A stretch of DNA of 41,165 nt from Bacteroidota bacterium (GTDB lineage Bacteria > Bacteroidota > Bacteroidia > Chitinophagales > Chitinophagaceae). The notes under the pieces were generated by a model. The model ran no database searches. It was not told the origin of the DNA and was given only the letters and a program-made list of their open reading frames with translations. The stretch spans positions 1-41,165 of the forward strand of contig JAGWTK010000001.1 of assembly GCA_028876035.1 (NCBI GenBank), in the 5' to 3' direction. Within the stretch, counting starts at the first letter, position 1; each line of letters begins with the position of its first letter. Position numbers and translations under genes: made by a program. Below, piece after piece: positions 8,728-16,299 of this stretch.

Positions 8728-10500
8728 CAAGTTTTGTTTCTTCAGCTCCTCCACTGCATAGTTCGCTGCACGTGCGGTAAACGCCATGTAGGTGAGGGAC
8801 GGGTTTTGGCAAGCAGCGGATGTCATGAAGGAACCATCGGTAACAAATACGTTGGGTGCATCCCACACCTGGTTCCATTTGTTCACTACAGATGTTTTTG
8901 GATCCGCACCCATGCGGGCAGAACCCATTTCATGGATACCACGGCCCAGGGTACCGTCGCCATCTGCACCGCGTACATTCTTCACGCCGGCAACAGTGAG
9001 CATCTCAATGGCATCATTGAGCATATCCTTGCGCATCTTCTTCTCGTTCTCTTTATATTCAACATCGAAGGCGAGTACAGGAAGTCCCCATTTATCGAGC
9101 CGCTGTTTTCCGTTCTTATCAGGAACAGGACGGCTTCCGAGATCCATACCCGTCACCGGGTCTTTGAATGGTTCGGTTTTATCGCCGTACAAGGTTTTGT
9201 CGAGATAGATGCGATTCTCATGGTAAGGCAATGTTTCACCGAAACCACCCATGCCCATACTCCATCCGCCGGGTTCTGTGAGTGCATCTTTGAACGCGCC
9301 GCCAATGTTGAATTCAGCAATGTCTTTGGACCAGCCTTCGCGGCTCGCACCGCCCTGGTAACCGAAGCCACGCAGGTAATCGCGTTTATCACCAAAGAGA
9401 TTGCGGTAGCGCGGGATATAAATGCCATTCGCGCGGCGACCGAAATAATATTTATCATCATAACCATCCACCGTACCACTGGCCCACACACCGAGGTGGT
9501 GATCCATGATATTATGACCGAGCTCGCCGCTGCTGCTACCCAAACCGTCGGGCCAGATATCGGTGGCCGATTGCATCAGTATCCAGGCGCTGTTCAGGGT
9601 AGAGGCGTTAAGGAATATGATCTTCGCGTTGTAGGTATAGGTCTTGTTATTCTCTGCGTCGAGCACTTCCACGCCCGTTGCTTTTTTCTTATCCTTATCG
9701 TAGAGAATTTTTGTAACGATGCTCCAGGGCCGAAGCGTAAGGTTGCCGGTTTTTTCTGCGGCGGGATAGGTAGAGGATTGTGTGCTGAAATAGGCACCAA
9801 ACGGACAACCCAGCCAGCATTTGTCGCGGTACTGGCAATTGGTTCTTCCCTCATGCGGCACCGTTAGATTGGCACTTCGTCCCATGATGATGCGGCGGAA
9901 CATTTTCGGATCGTAGTGGGCATTCATCCGTGCGGCCACATCTTTTTCCACGCAGTTCATTTCCATCGGCGGAAGAAATTGTCCGTCGGGCAACTGCGGC
10001 ATGCCCTCTTTTGAACCATTGATGCCGGCGAATTTCTCCACATAATCATACCAGGGCGCAATGTCTTTGTATCGGACGGGCCAGTCGATCGCCACGCCTT
10101 CTTTTGCATTCGCTTCAAAATCGAAATCACTCCAGCGATAGCTCTGTCGGCCCCACATCAGCGAACGGCCGCCTACATGGTAGCCACGGAACCAGTCGAA
10201 CCGTTTCACTTCGGTATACGGACTGTCTTTATCACTGCACCAATAGTCGAGATTGGTTTCATTGAGCGGGTAATCGCGTTTGAGTACCGGGTAATTTTTG
10301 ATCATTTCCTGCGTGCGCCCGCCCCGGTGCGGAAAATCCCAGGGATCCTTGTTCGCATTCACATAATCCTTTACGTGCTTAATGTCCCGGCCTCTTTCCA
10401 GCAACAGGGTTTTGAGGCCTTTCTCGCACAGTTCTTTTGCTGCCCATCCGCCACTGATTCCAGAGCCGATGACAATCGCGTCGTAGGTGTTATCTGCCAT
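8725..10500 (-). CDS. GMC-family FAD dehydrogenase catalytic subunit, paralog 5 (long form with insertion)
   Basis: The ORF extends to 10566, but its first 22 codons (MYLVLCTSYRAFQILNTRYYLT) translate the heptad repeat array. The ATG at 10500 gives MADNTYDAIVIGSGISGGWAAKEL, like the other paralogs. Also carries CQYRDKCWLGCPFGAYF and the same insertion as paralog 4 (TLYGDKTEPFKDPVTGMDLGSRPVPDKNGKQRL). Confidence 0.85.
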   Translation of the reverse strand: MADNTYDAIVIGSGISGGWAAKELCEKGLKTLLLERGRDIKHVKDYVNANKDPWDFPHRGGRTQEMIKNYPVLKRDYPLNETNLDYWCSDKDSPYTEVKRFDWFRGYHVGGRSLMWGRQSYRWSDFDFEANAKEGVAIDWPVRYKDIAPWYDYVEKFAGINGSKEGMPQLPDGQFLPPMEMNCVEKDVAARMNAHYDPKMFRRIIMGRSANLTVPHEGRTNCQYRDKCWLGCPFGAYFSTQSSTYPAAEKTGNLTLRPWSIVTKILYDKDKKKATGVEVLDAENNKTYTYNAKIIFLNASTLNSAWILMQSATDIWPDGLGSSSGELGHNIMDHHLGVWASGTVDGYDDKYYFGRRANGIYIPRYRNLFGDKRDYLRGFGYQGGASREGWSKDIAEFNIGGAFKDALTEPGGWSMGMGGFGETLPYHENRIYLDKTLYGDKTEPFKDPVTGMDLGSRPVPDKNGKQRLDKWGLPVLAFDVEYKENEKKMRKDMLNDAIEMLTVAGVKNVRGADGDGTLGRGIHEMGSARMGADPKTSVVNKWNQVWDAPNVFVTDGSFMTSAACQNPSLTYMAFTARAANYAVEELKKQNL

Positions 10501-10508
10501 AGTTAAAT

Positions 10509-10627
10509 AGTATCTGGTATTTAGTATCTGGAATGCCCGGTACGAAGTACAAAGTACCAAGTACAAAGACAGGAATTAAGTAGTACCAGGGGTTCTGCTA
10601 ATAGCTAACGGCCAAAAGCCAATTGCT
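10509..10627. repeat. phase-locked degenerate heptad array (17 units) in the GMC5/TIM-barrel spacer
   Basis: agtatct|ggtattt|agtatct|ggaatgc|ccggtac|gaagtac|aaagtac|caagtac|aaagaca|ggaatta|agtagta|ccagggg|ttctgct|aatagct|aacggcc|aaaagcc|aattgct. Confidence 0.8.
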
Positions 10628-10632
10628 TGTAC

Positions 10633-11526
10633 TCACACATCGCAGATCTTCACCGCCTGTTTCAGGGCAGCGATCTTTGCTTTATTGTCTTCGCCGGTAG
10701 GAATGAATTCCTGGGCAACATAGCCTTTGAAGCCGGTGTCGACGATGGCCTGCATGATGGCAGGGTAGTTGAGTTCTTGTTTTTCGTTGAGTTCATGACG
10801 ACCGGGTACTCCCGCCGTATGGTAGTGACCGATGTATGGGTGGTATTCCCGAATAGTGTGTATCACATCCCCTTCGTCGATCTGCATGTGATAGATATCG
10901 TACAGCAGTTTGAAGTTTTCTGAACCCGTGCGTTTGCAGAGTTCTACCCCCCAGGCCGTGCGATCGCACATATAATCCTTGTGATCAACTTTGCTGTTAA
11001 GCAATTCCATCTGGATCGTAATGCCGTTCTTTTCCGCCAGCGGAAGAATGCGTTTCAATCCTTCTGCGCAGTTTTTCAGTCCGGTCTCATCATCCATACC
11101 CCGGCGGTTACCACTGAAGCAGATCACATCTTTATAGCCGGCTTTTACCATCAGCGGTATCACTTCTTCGTAATCTTTGACCAGCTGGTCGTGGAAGTCT
11201 TTGTTATTGAAACCATCCACCAGGCTCACTTTACCGCCGTGGTAGCACATCGAGCTATAGATGCCGTATTGCTGCAGCATCGGCCAGTCTTTAGGTGCTA
11301 TTAAATCGATTGCACTAAATCCTATTTTTTTAACGTGCTTACACAGTTCTTCCAGGGAGATGAAGTTATAACACCACTGGCAAACCGAATGGTTAATGTT
11401 TCCTTTGAATTTCACGTTGGCGGCGTTTTCGCCCGCATAGGCAGCAGTCATGGAGGAGGCGCCCAGGGCGGCCGTTCCTGCAAGCATGGTCTTGAGTGCC
11501 TCGCGACGGTTATGTTTTGCTGGCAT
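10633..11526 (-). CDS. TAT-exported hydroxypyruvate-isomerase-like / xylose-isomerase-like TIM-barrel protein
   Basis: 297 aa. Twin-arginine signal MPAKHNRREALKTMLAGTAALGASSMTAAYA. The segment LLYDIYHMQIDEGDVIHTIREYHPYIGHYHTAGVPGRHE is typical of the Hyi/TIM-barrel family. Confidence 0.85.
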   Translation of the reverse strand: MPAKHNRREALKTMLAGTAALGASSMTAAYAGENAANVKFKGNINHSVCQWCYNFISLEELCKHVKKIGFSAIDLIAPKDWPMLQQYGIYSSMCYHGGKVSLVDGFNNKDFHDQLVKDYEEVIPLMVKAGYKDVICFSGNRRGMDDETGLKNCAEGLKRILPLAEKNGITIQMELLNSKVDHKDYMCDRTAWGVELCKRTGSENFKLLYDIYHMQIDEGDVIHTIREYHPYIGHYHTAGVPGRHELNEKQELNYPAIMQAIVDTGFKGYVAQEFIPTGEDNKAKIAALKQAVKICDV

Positions 11527-11562
11527 ATCGGAGTTGAAATTTACGGCAAGACTTTTATTAAA

Positions 11563-12786
11563 CTACACCGCTGGTGCAACTGATTTTTTTCTTTTGTAAA
11601 AGAAAAGGATGGCAAAAGCGACAGTAAGCACCAACGGGATCATTAAAGTAACATTAATAATTGCCTGACCTGCTTCTGCGGGTGTTTTGCTTGCCTGGAG
11701 TCTATCATAATAGCCACCCATAAAAATCAGGTAAAGCGATACGGCGAACATGCCCGCACCACCCATAAAATTAAGTCCAACCGCACCCGTTTCCGGTAAG
11801 TTTTCGGAGACGAATCCCAGCATGGTAGGCCAGAAATAACACACGCCCATTCCAAAGAAAATGGCGCCAACAAAGAGCATGTTACCGGTTGAATGACCGA
11901 GCAGGTACAAACCTATCGAAGCAAGGATAGCCGATGTTAACAGCACGCCGGCAGCCGACAAGCGGTGTACGATGGGACCTGCAAAAGCACGACCAATCAC
12001 CATAATACCTGTTTCAATGGTGAGCAGCAGCAATGCGTTATCAGTCACATTCTTCAGCAATACATCGATCCACTGACCAGTAAACAATTCAGTGATAGCC
12101 GTTCCAAGCATCAGCACAATCATCACAAGAAACAGCGGTTTCAGCAATGCCTTGTACATGTCGCCCGAGCTGATACCACTGGCTACTCTTTCTGTTACCG
12201 GGAATGCAAGCTTGTAGAACAGGTAACCGTATACCACGGTCGGAATCAACATCAATCCCACCAGGAAACGCCAGTTAGTAATAATTTTCGTAGCACCATC
12301 TGCCCCCATCGCTGTTTGGCCGAAGAAAGAAACGATCAATGTACCAATCACGATTCCACCAGGGAACCAAAGATGAAAATGGTTCAGCTTGGTGGTTTTA
12401 TTGGTTGTGTATAAACTAGCCACGAGTGGATTACAAGCTGCTTCTACCAGGCCATTGCCCATACCTATTAATAAAGTGGAAATGAACAAAGGCCAGAAAC
12501 CTTGCGCCGTAATCGTAAGTACAATACCCAGTGCATGAAATAGAAACGCCCCCACCAGCAATTTTTTCATTCCAATGATATCAACTACAAGTCCGCCTAT
12601 CACGATCGCCAGGGGGAAACCCCAGAAAGCCGTGCTGGTAATAACGCCAATTTGTTCCTGGTTGAGTGAAAACTGCTCTTTCCAGGTGGTAAGCAAACCC
12701 GCCCGGATACCAAAAGAAAGGGAAGTAACAAGTAATGAGGTACAGCTGGCAAAAAAGAGTTTGTCGCGCTGAATGGTAGCTTGCAT
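11563..12786 (-). CDS. MFS sugar transporter (fucose/glucose-galactose permease-like)
   Basis: 407 aa and highly hydrophobic, with about 12 predicted TM segments. It is the first gene of the minus-strand operon, 36 nt upstream of the TIM-barrel gene. Confidence 0.8.
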   Translation of the reverse strand: MQATIQRDKLFFASCTSLLVTSLSFGIRAGLLTTWKEQFSLNQEQIGVITSTAFWGFPLAIVIGGLVVDIIGMKKLLVGAFLFHALGIVLTITAQGFWPLFISTLLIGMGNGLVEAACNPLVASLYTTNKTTKLNHFHLWFPGGIVIGTLIVSFFGQTAMGADGATKIITNWRFLVGLMLIPTVVYGYLFYKLAFPVTERVASGISSGDMYKALLKPLFLVMIVLMLGTAITELFTGQWIDVLLKNVTDNALLLLTIETGIMVIGRAFAGPIVHRLSAAGVLLTSAILASIGLYLLGHSTGNMLFVGAIFFGMGVCYFWPTMLGFVSENLPETGAVGLNFMGGAGMFAVSLYLIFMGGYYDRLQASKTPAEAGQAIINVTLMIPLVLTVAFAILFFYKRKKSVAPAV

Positions 12787-12973
12787 ATCGTTAGAAGGTT
12801 AGGTGGAAAAATGAGGAGTTAAATGTAATTTTTATTTTTTATAAATCACATTCACTAATTTATTTATTTCGTTCAAATTTTTTCATCAGACTTTCTTACT
12901 TTTCCAATCACATTCTTCTCTTCACGAAAAGGATTGCTTCACCTATTCAAAAAAATAAACAACCCACACTACA

Positions 12974-14140
12974 ATGAACAGAAAGTTAAGAATGGGCATG
13001 GTGGGCGGCGGTAAAGATGCGTTTATCGGCGCTATTCACCGGTTGGCTGCCAATATGGACGGATTGATTGAATTATCCTGCGGTGCACTTAGTATCAACC
13101 CGGAGATTGCCCGCGAATCGGGCAAAATGCTTTTTCTGCCGGAAGATCGCACCTACCTCACTTTTGATGAGATGATTAAAAAGGAAGCAGCGCTGCCGGC
13201 CGATAAGCGGATGGATTTCGTGACGATCGTTACGCCCAACTTTGCACACTTCGCCCCGGCCATGATGGCGCTTGACCATGGCTTTCATGTAGTGATCGAA
13301 AAGCCCATCACATTTACCTACGATGAGGCCAAACAACTCAAGAAAAAACTCGAAGAAACCGGACTGGTACTTTGCTTAACACATACTTATTCGGGCTATC
13401 CCCTGGTAAAACAGGCCAAACAAATGGTGAAAGACGGTGTCCTTGGTAAAATCCGGAAGGTTTGGGTTGAATATCCGCAAGGCTGGCTCAGCAAAATGAG
13501 CGAACGGGAAGGGAATGCACAAGCTGCCTGGCGCACCGACCCCAAGAAAAGCGGTAAAGCCGGCGCCATGGGCGATATCGGTACTCACGCTGCCCACCTC
13601 GCCGAATATATCACCGGTTCAAAAATCACGCACCTTTGCGCAGACCTTAATATTATGGTGCCCGGCCGTGCACTCGATGACGACGGCAACGTGTTGCTGA
13701 AGTTCGACAATGGCGCTGCGGGCGTGCTGATGGCCAGCCAGGTGGCAGCGGGTGAAGAAAACGCCCTGAAAATTCGCGTATATGGCGAAAAAGGCGGTAT
13801 CGAATGGGCACAGCATGAACCCAATACTTTATTGGTAAAATGGCTGGATCAACCCACACAGATCCTGCGCGCGGGCGGCAACTACGGCGATCGACTCAGT
13901 AAATACGCGATTCACAACAGCCGCACACCGGGCGGTCACCCCGAAGGTTACCTCGAAGCTTTTGGTAATATCTACCGCAACTTCGCCCTTACCCTCGGTG
14001 CACGCATCGACGGTACCAAACCCAGCGAAGAAATGCTCGACTTCCCCGGCGTAGAAGACGGACTGCGTGGCATGGCATTCATCGATAATGTGGTGGCATC
14101 GGCACAGAGCGATAAGAAGTGGCACGAGTACCAATCTTGA
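12974..14140 (+). CDS. Gfo/Idh/MocA family oxidoreductase (cytoplasmic, no signal peptide)
   Basis: 388 aa. N-terminal Rossmann segment LRMGMVGGGKDAFIGAIH and the family EKP motif (HVVIEKPITF). Confidence 0.9.
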   Translation: MNRKLRMGMVGGGKDAFIGAIHRLAANMDGLIELSCGALSINPEIARESGKMLFLPEDRTYLTFDEMIKKEAALPADKRMDFVTIVTPNFAHFAPAMMALDHGFHVVIEKPITFTYDEAKQLKKKLEETGLVLCLTHTYSGYPLVKQAKQMVKDGVLGKIRKVWVEYPQGWLSKMSEREGNAQAAWRTDPKKSGKAGAMGDIGTHAAHLAEYITGSKITHLCADLNIMVPGRALDDDGNVLLKFDNGAAGVLMASQVAAGEENALKIRVYGEKGGIEWAQHEPNTLLVKWLDQPTQILRAGGNYGDRLSKYAIHNSRTPGGHPEGYLEAFGNIYRNFALTLGARIDGTKPSEEMLDFPGVEDGLRGMAFIDNVVASAQSDKKWHEYQS

Positions 14141-14301
14141 GTTGTAAGTCGTAAGTAATAAGTTATAAGTCGTTTCGGCTATCAGGGGCGAGCGGTAAGA
14201 GGTTAGGGGCAATGGACGGGAAAGTGTTGAATTTTTACTTTTGACTTTCCGGTCTTTGTACTTTGTACTTGCTACTTTGTACCACATACCAAATACTAAA
14301 T
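14141..14301. repeat. phase-locked degenerate heptad array (23 units)
   Basis: It starts right after the Gfo stop codon: gttgtaa|gtcgtaa|gtaataa|gttataa|gtcgttt|cggctat|...|tttttac|ttttgac|tttccgg|tctttgt|actttgt|acttgct|actttgt|accacat|accaaat|actaaat. One phase is kept across 161 nt. Confidence 0.8.
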
Positions 14302-14361
14302 ACGTCTGCAGTGGCCGAAGACGAACTCATAAAAAAACACGCCCAGAATGCTCTTGATGCG

Positions 14362-15039
14362 ATGACGCATCCGGGCAAGAAGTGGACGCACAAACTAAAA
14401 GACATTTTACAGGAGATCCTGATCATTGTCTTTGCAGTGAGCGTTTCCATCTGGCTGCACGGTTGGTCGGAGGATCGAAAGGACCGGCGGGAAGAAAAAG
14501 AGTTCTTTGCAGGACTAAAACAGGATATCGAAGCCGATCTCACAGAAATGGAGAACGATCGCGCTGCATTGCGCCTGGTGCAGCAACATTGTATGTATTA
14601 TGGAATGGTGGGCAAGGGAAGACCTTTTCAGATAGATAGTGTGATGAACTATGCCTATATTTTCTTTACGCAGGCACAGATCAACCCGCGTATCAGCCGC
14701 TTTGAAGCATTGAAAGGCAGCGGACGCCTGGACATCATTGAGGACAAAAAGCTGTTGTATAACATTATCGACCTCTACCAGAAAATCTTTCCAACGATCT
14801 ACCGTTACAACCAGTCGTTCAACGAACTTAACAGCAACAAAATTGACCCCTACCTGGGCGATATGCTGCAGATTGACACCAGCGGCAATTTTCTGAACTC
14901 GATCGATATCCTTAAAACCTCAAGAATGCGCCTGCTGCTCAACCAGCTTTATTCCAATGCCGCCACCTGCGAAGGGGCGTATACCAAAGGCATTGAGAAG
15001 AGTAAAGAGATACTGGCTGGGATGAAGGAAAGTCATTAG
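14362..15039 (+). CDS. hypothetical N-terminally membrane-anchored protein (DUF6090-like architecture)
   Basis: The ORF runs from 14263, but codons 1-13 translate a heptad array. ATG 14362 gives MTHPGKKWTHKLKDILQEILIIVFAVSVSIWLHGW, a short basic N-terminus followed by one TM. GTG 14311 is an alternative start. There is no recognisable catalytic motif. Confidence 0.5.
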   Translation: MTHPGKKWTHKLKDILQEILIIVFAVSVSIWLHGWSEDRKDRREEKEFFAGLKQDIEADLTEMENDRAALRLVQQHCMYYGMVGKGRPFQIDSVMNYAYIFFTQAQINPRISRFEALKGSGRLDIIEDKKLLYNIIDLYQKIFPTIYRYNQSFNELNSNKIDPYLGDMLQIDTSGNFLNSIDILKTSRMRLLLNQLYSNAATCEGAYTKGIEKSKEILAGMKESH

Positions 15040-15178
15040 TCGTTAGTCGATAGTCTTTAGTCCAGAGTCATTAGTCCATAACCGGTAATCGATATTGAAC
15101 CATCATTAGTAAAAATCAAAAGCTAATGGCTAATGGCCAACAGCTAAGAGCCAATAGCCAATACCTAACAGCTAAAAA
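15032..15178. repeat. phase-locked degenerate heptad array (21 units)
   Basis: gtcatta|gtcgtta|gtcgata|gtcttta|gtccaga|gtcatta|gtccata|accggta|atcgata|...|ctaatgg|ctaatgg|ccaacag|ctaagag|ccaatag|ccaatac|ctaacag|ctaaaaa. It begins in the last codons of the upstream gene and ends 1 nt before ATG 15180. Confidence 0.85.
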
Positions 15179-15179
15179 T

Positions 15180-16235
15180 ATGACAACACTCAAAGGACCC
15201 GGCATCTTCCTCGCACAGTTCATGGGCGATGCTGCCCCGTTCAATTCCCTGAAAACAATTTGCGAATGGGCGAAAAGCATCGGATTTGTGGGCGTACAGA
15301 TTCCGAGCTGGGACAGCCGCTGCATCGATTTACAAAAAGCAGCCGAGAGCAAGACTTACGCAGATGAGATTAAAGGCATCGTGAATGCTGCCGGACTCGA
15401 AATCACCGAACTTTCAACCCACCTGCAGGGACAACTCGTAGCCGTTCATCCGGCCTATGATGCACTTTTCGACGGATTCGCACCTGAGCAATACCGGAAT
15501 AACCCCAAAGCACGCACGCAATGGGCCGTTCAGCAACTCGAATATGCAGCGAAGGCTTCGCAGAACCTGGGGCTGAATGCACATGCAACTTTCAGCGGCG
15601 CCCTGCTCTGGCAAACGGTGTACCCATGGCCGCAGCGTCCCGCCGGATTGGTGGAAACTGGTTTCAAAGAACTGGCCAAACGCTGGCTGCCCATCCTTAA
15701 TAAATTTGATGAAGCCGGCGTGGATCTTTGCTATGAAATTCACCCCGGAGAAGACCTGCACGATGGCATTTCTTATGAGATGTTCCTCGAAAAAGTAAAC
15801 AACCACCCCAGGGCCTGCCTCCTGTATGATCCTTCGCACTTCGTACTGCAATGCCTCAACTACCTCGAGTATATCGATAATTACCACGAACGCATCCGGA
15901 TGTTCCATGTAAAGGATGCAGAGTTCAATCCTACCGGTAAACAGGGCGTATACGGTGGCTACCAAAGCTGGATCAACAGGGCAGGAAGATTCCGTTCCCT
16001 GGGCGATGGGCAGGTCGATTTCAAATCTATCTTCAGCAAACTGGCTGCGTACGATTACAAAGGCTGGGCAGTCATGGAATGGGAATGTGCCATCAAACAC
16101 CCCGAAGACGGCGCCAAAGAAGGTTCGGTATTCATCAAGAACCATATTATCCGTGTCACCGAAAAAGCCTTCGATGATTTTGCAGGCACGGGCAGCGACG
16201 AAAATTTTAACCGGACGATCTTAGGATTGCAGTAA
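15180..16235 (+). CDS. sugar phosphate isomerase/epimerase-type (xylose-isomerase-like) TIM-barrel protein, cytoplasmic
   Basis: The ORF runs from 15126, but its first 18 codons (MANGQQLRANSQYLTAKN) translate the heptad array. ATG 15180 gives MTTLKGPGIFLAQF. Contains CYEIHPGEDLHDG and MFHVKDAEF, typical of this fold. No signal peptide. Confidence 0.85.
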   Translation: MTTLKGPGIFLAQFMGDAAPFNSLKTICEWAKSIGFVGVQIPSWDSRCIDLQKAAESKTYADEIKGIVNAAGLEITELSTHLQGQLVAVHPAYDALFDGFAPEQYRNNPKARTQWAVQQLEYAAKASQNLGLNAHATFSGALLWQTVYPWPQRPAGLVETGFKELAKRWLPILNKFDEAGVDLCYEIHPGEDLHDGISYEMFLEKVNNHPRACLLYDPSHFVLQCLNYLEYIDNYHERIRMFHVKDAEFNPTGKQGVYGGYQSWINRAGRFRSLGDGQVDFKSIFSKLAAYDYKGWAVMEWECAIKHPEDGAKEGSVFIKNHIIRVTEKAFDDFAGTGSDENFNRTILGLQ

Positions 16236-16299
16236 TTTTAGGCCCGCTGAAAAGCAGCCTTACTATTACGCTATTTCAATTAATCTACTACACAAAACA

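Noticed and set aside
8734-9867. A 377-aa plus-strand ORF, along with similar long antisense ORFs at 1441-1812, 2644-3123, 7424-7954, 10177-10506, 15414-16145 and 23017-23574.
   Set aside because: All lie antisense to genes with unambiguous family signatures (GMC, TIM barrel, Gfo/Idh/MocA). Their translations are low-complexity with no recognisable motifs. They are typical shadow ORFs of moderately GC-rich coding DNA.
10501-10566. N-terminal ORF extensions: MYLVLCTSYRAFQILNTRYYLT here, plus analogous ones at 15126-15179, 14263-14361, 31832-31888, 26907-26948, 27870-27905, 637-702 and 39750-39908.
   Set aside because: The extensions translate heptad or octamer repeat arrays, or IS-end sequence. 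An internal ATG restores the N-terminus shared with paralogs or yields a proper signal peptide. I treat them as ORF-caller artefacts.
12787-12973. The AT-rich divergent region between the MFS and Gfo genes, inspected for heptad periodicity, operator palindromes and Bacteroidota -7 (TAnnTTTG) boxes.
   Set aside because: Only vague 7-nt regularity was seen, with no clean palindrome or consensus -7 box that I could verify by eye. It is very likely a divergent promoter region, but no specific site is supportable.
3136-15179. Whether the repeat arrays could be CRISPR arrays or MITEs.
   Set aside because: The units are only 7-8 nt long, contiguous and degenerate. There are no 25-40-nt repeats alternating with unique spacers, no cas genes, and no terminal inverted repeats with target-site duplications. 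They are neither CRISPR nor classic MITEs.
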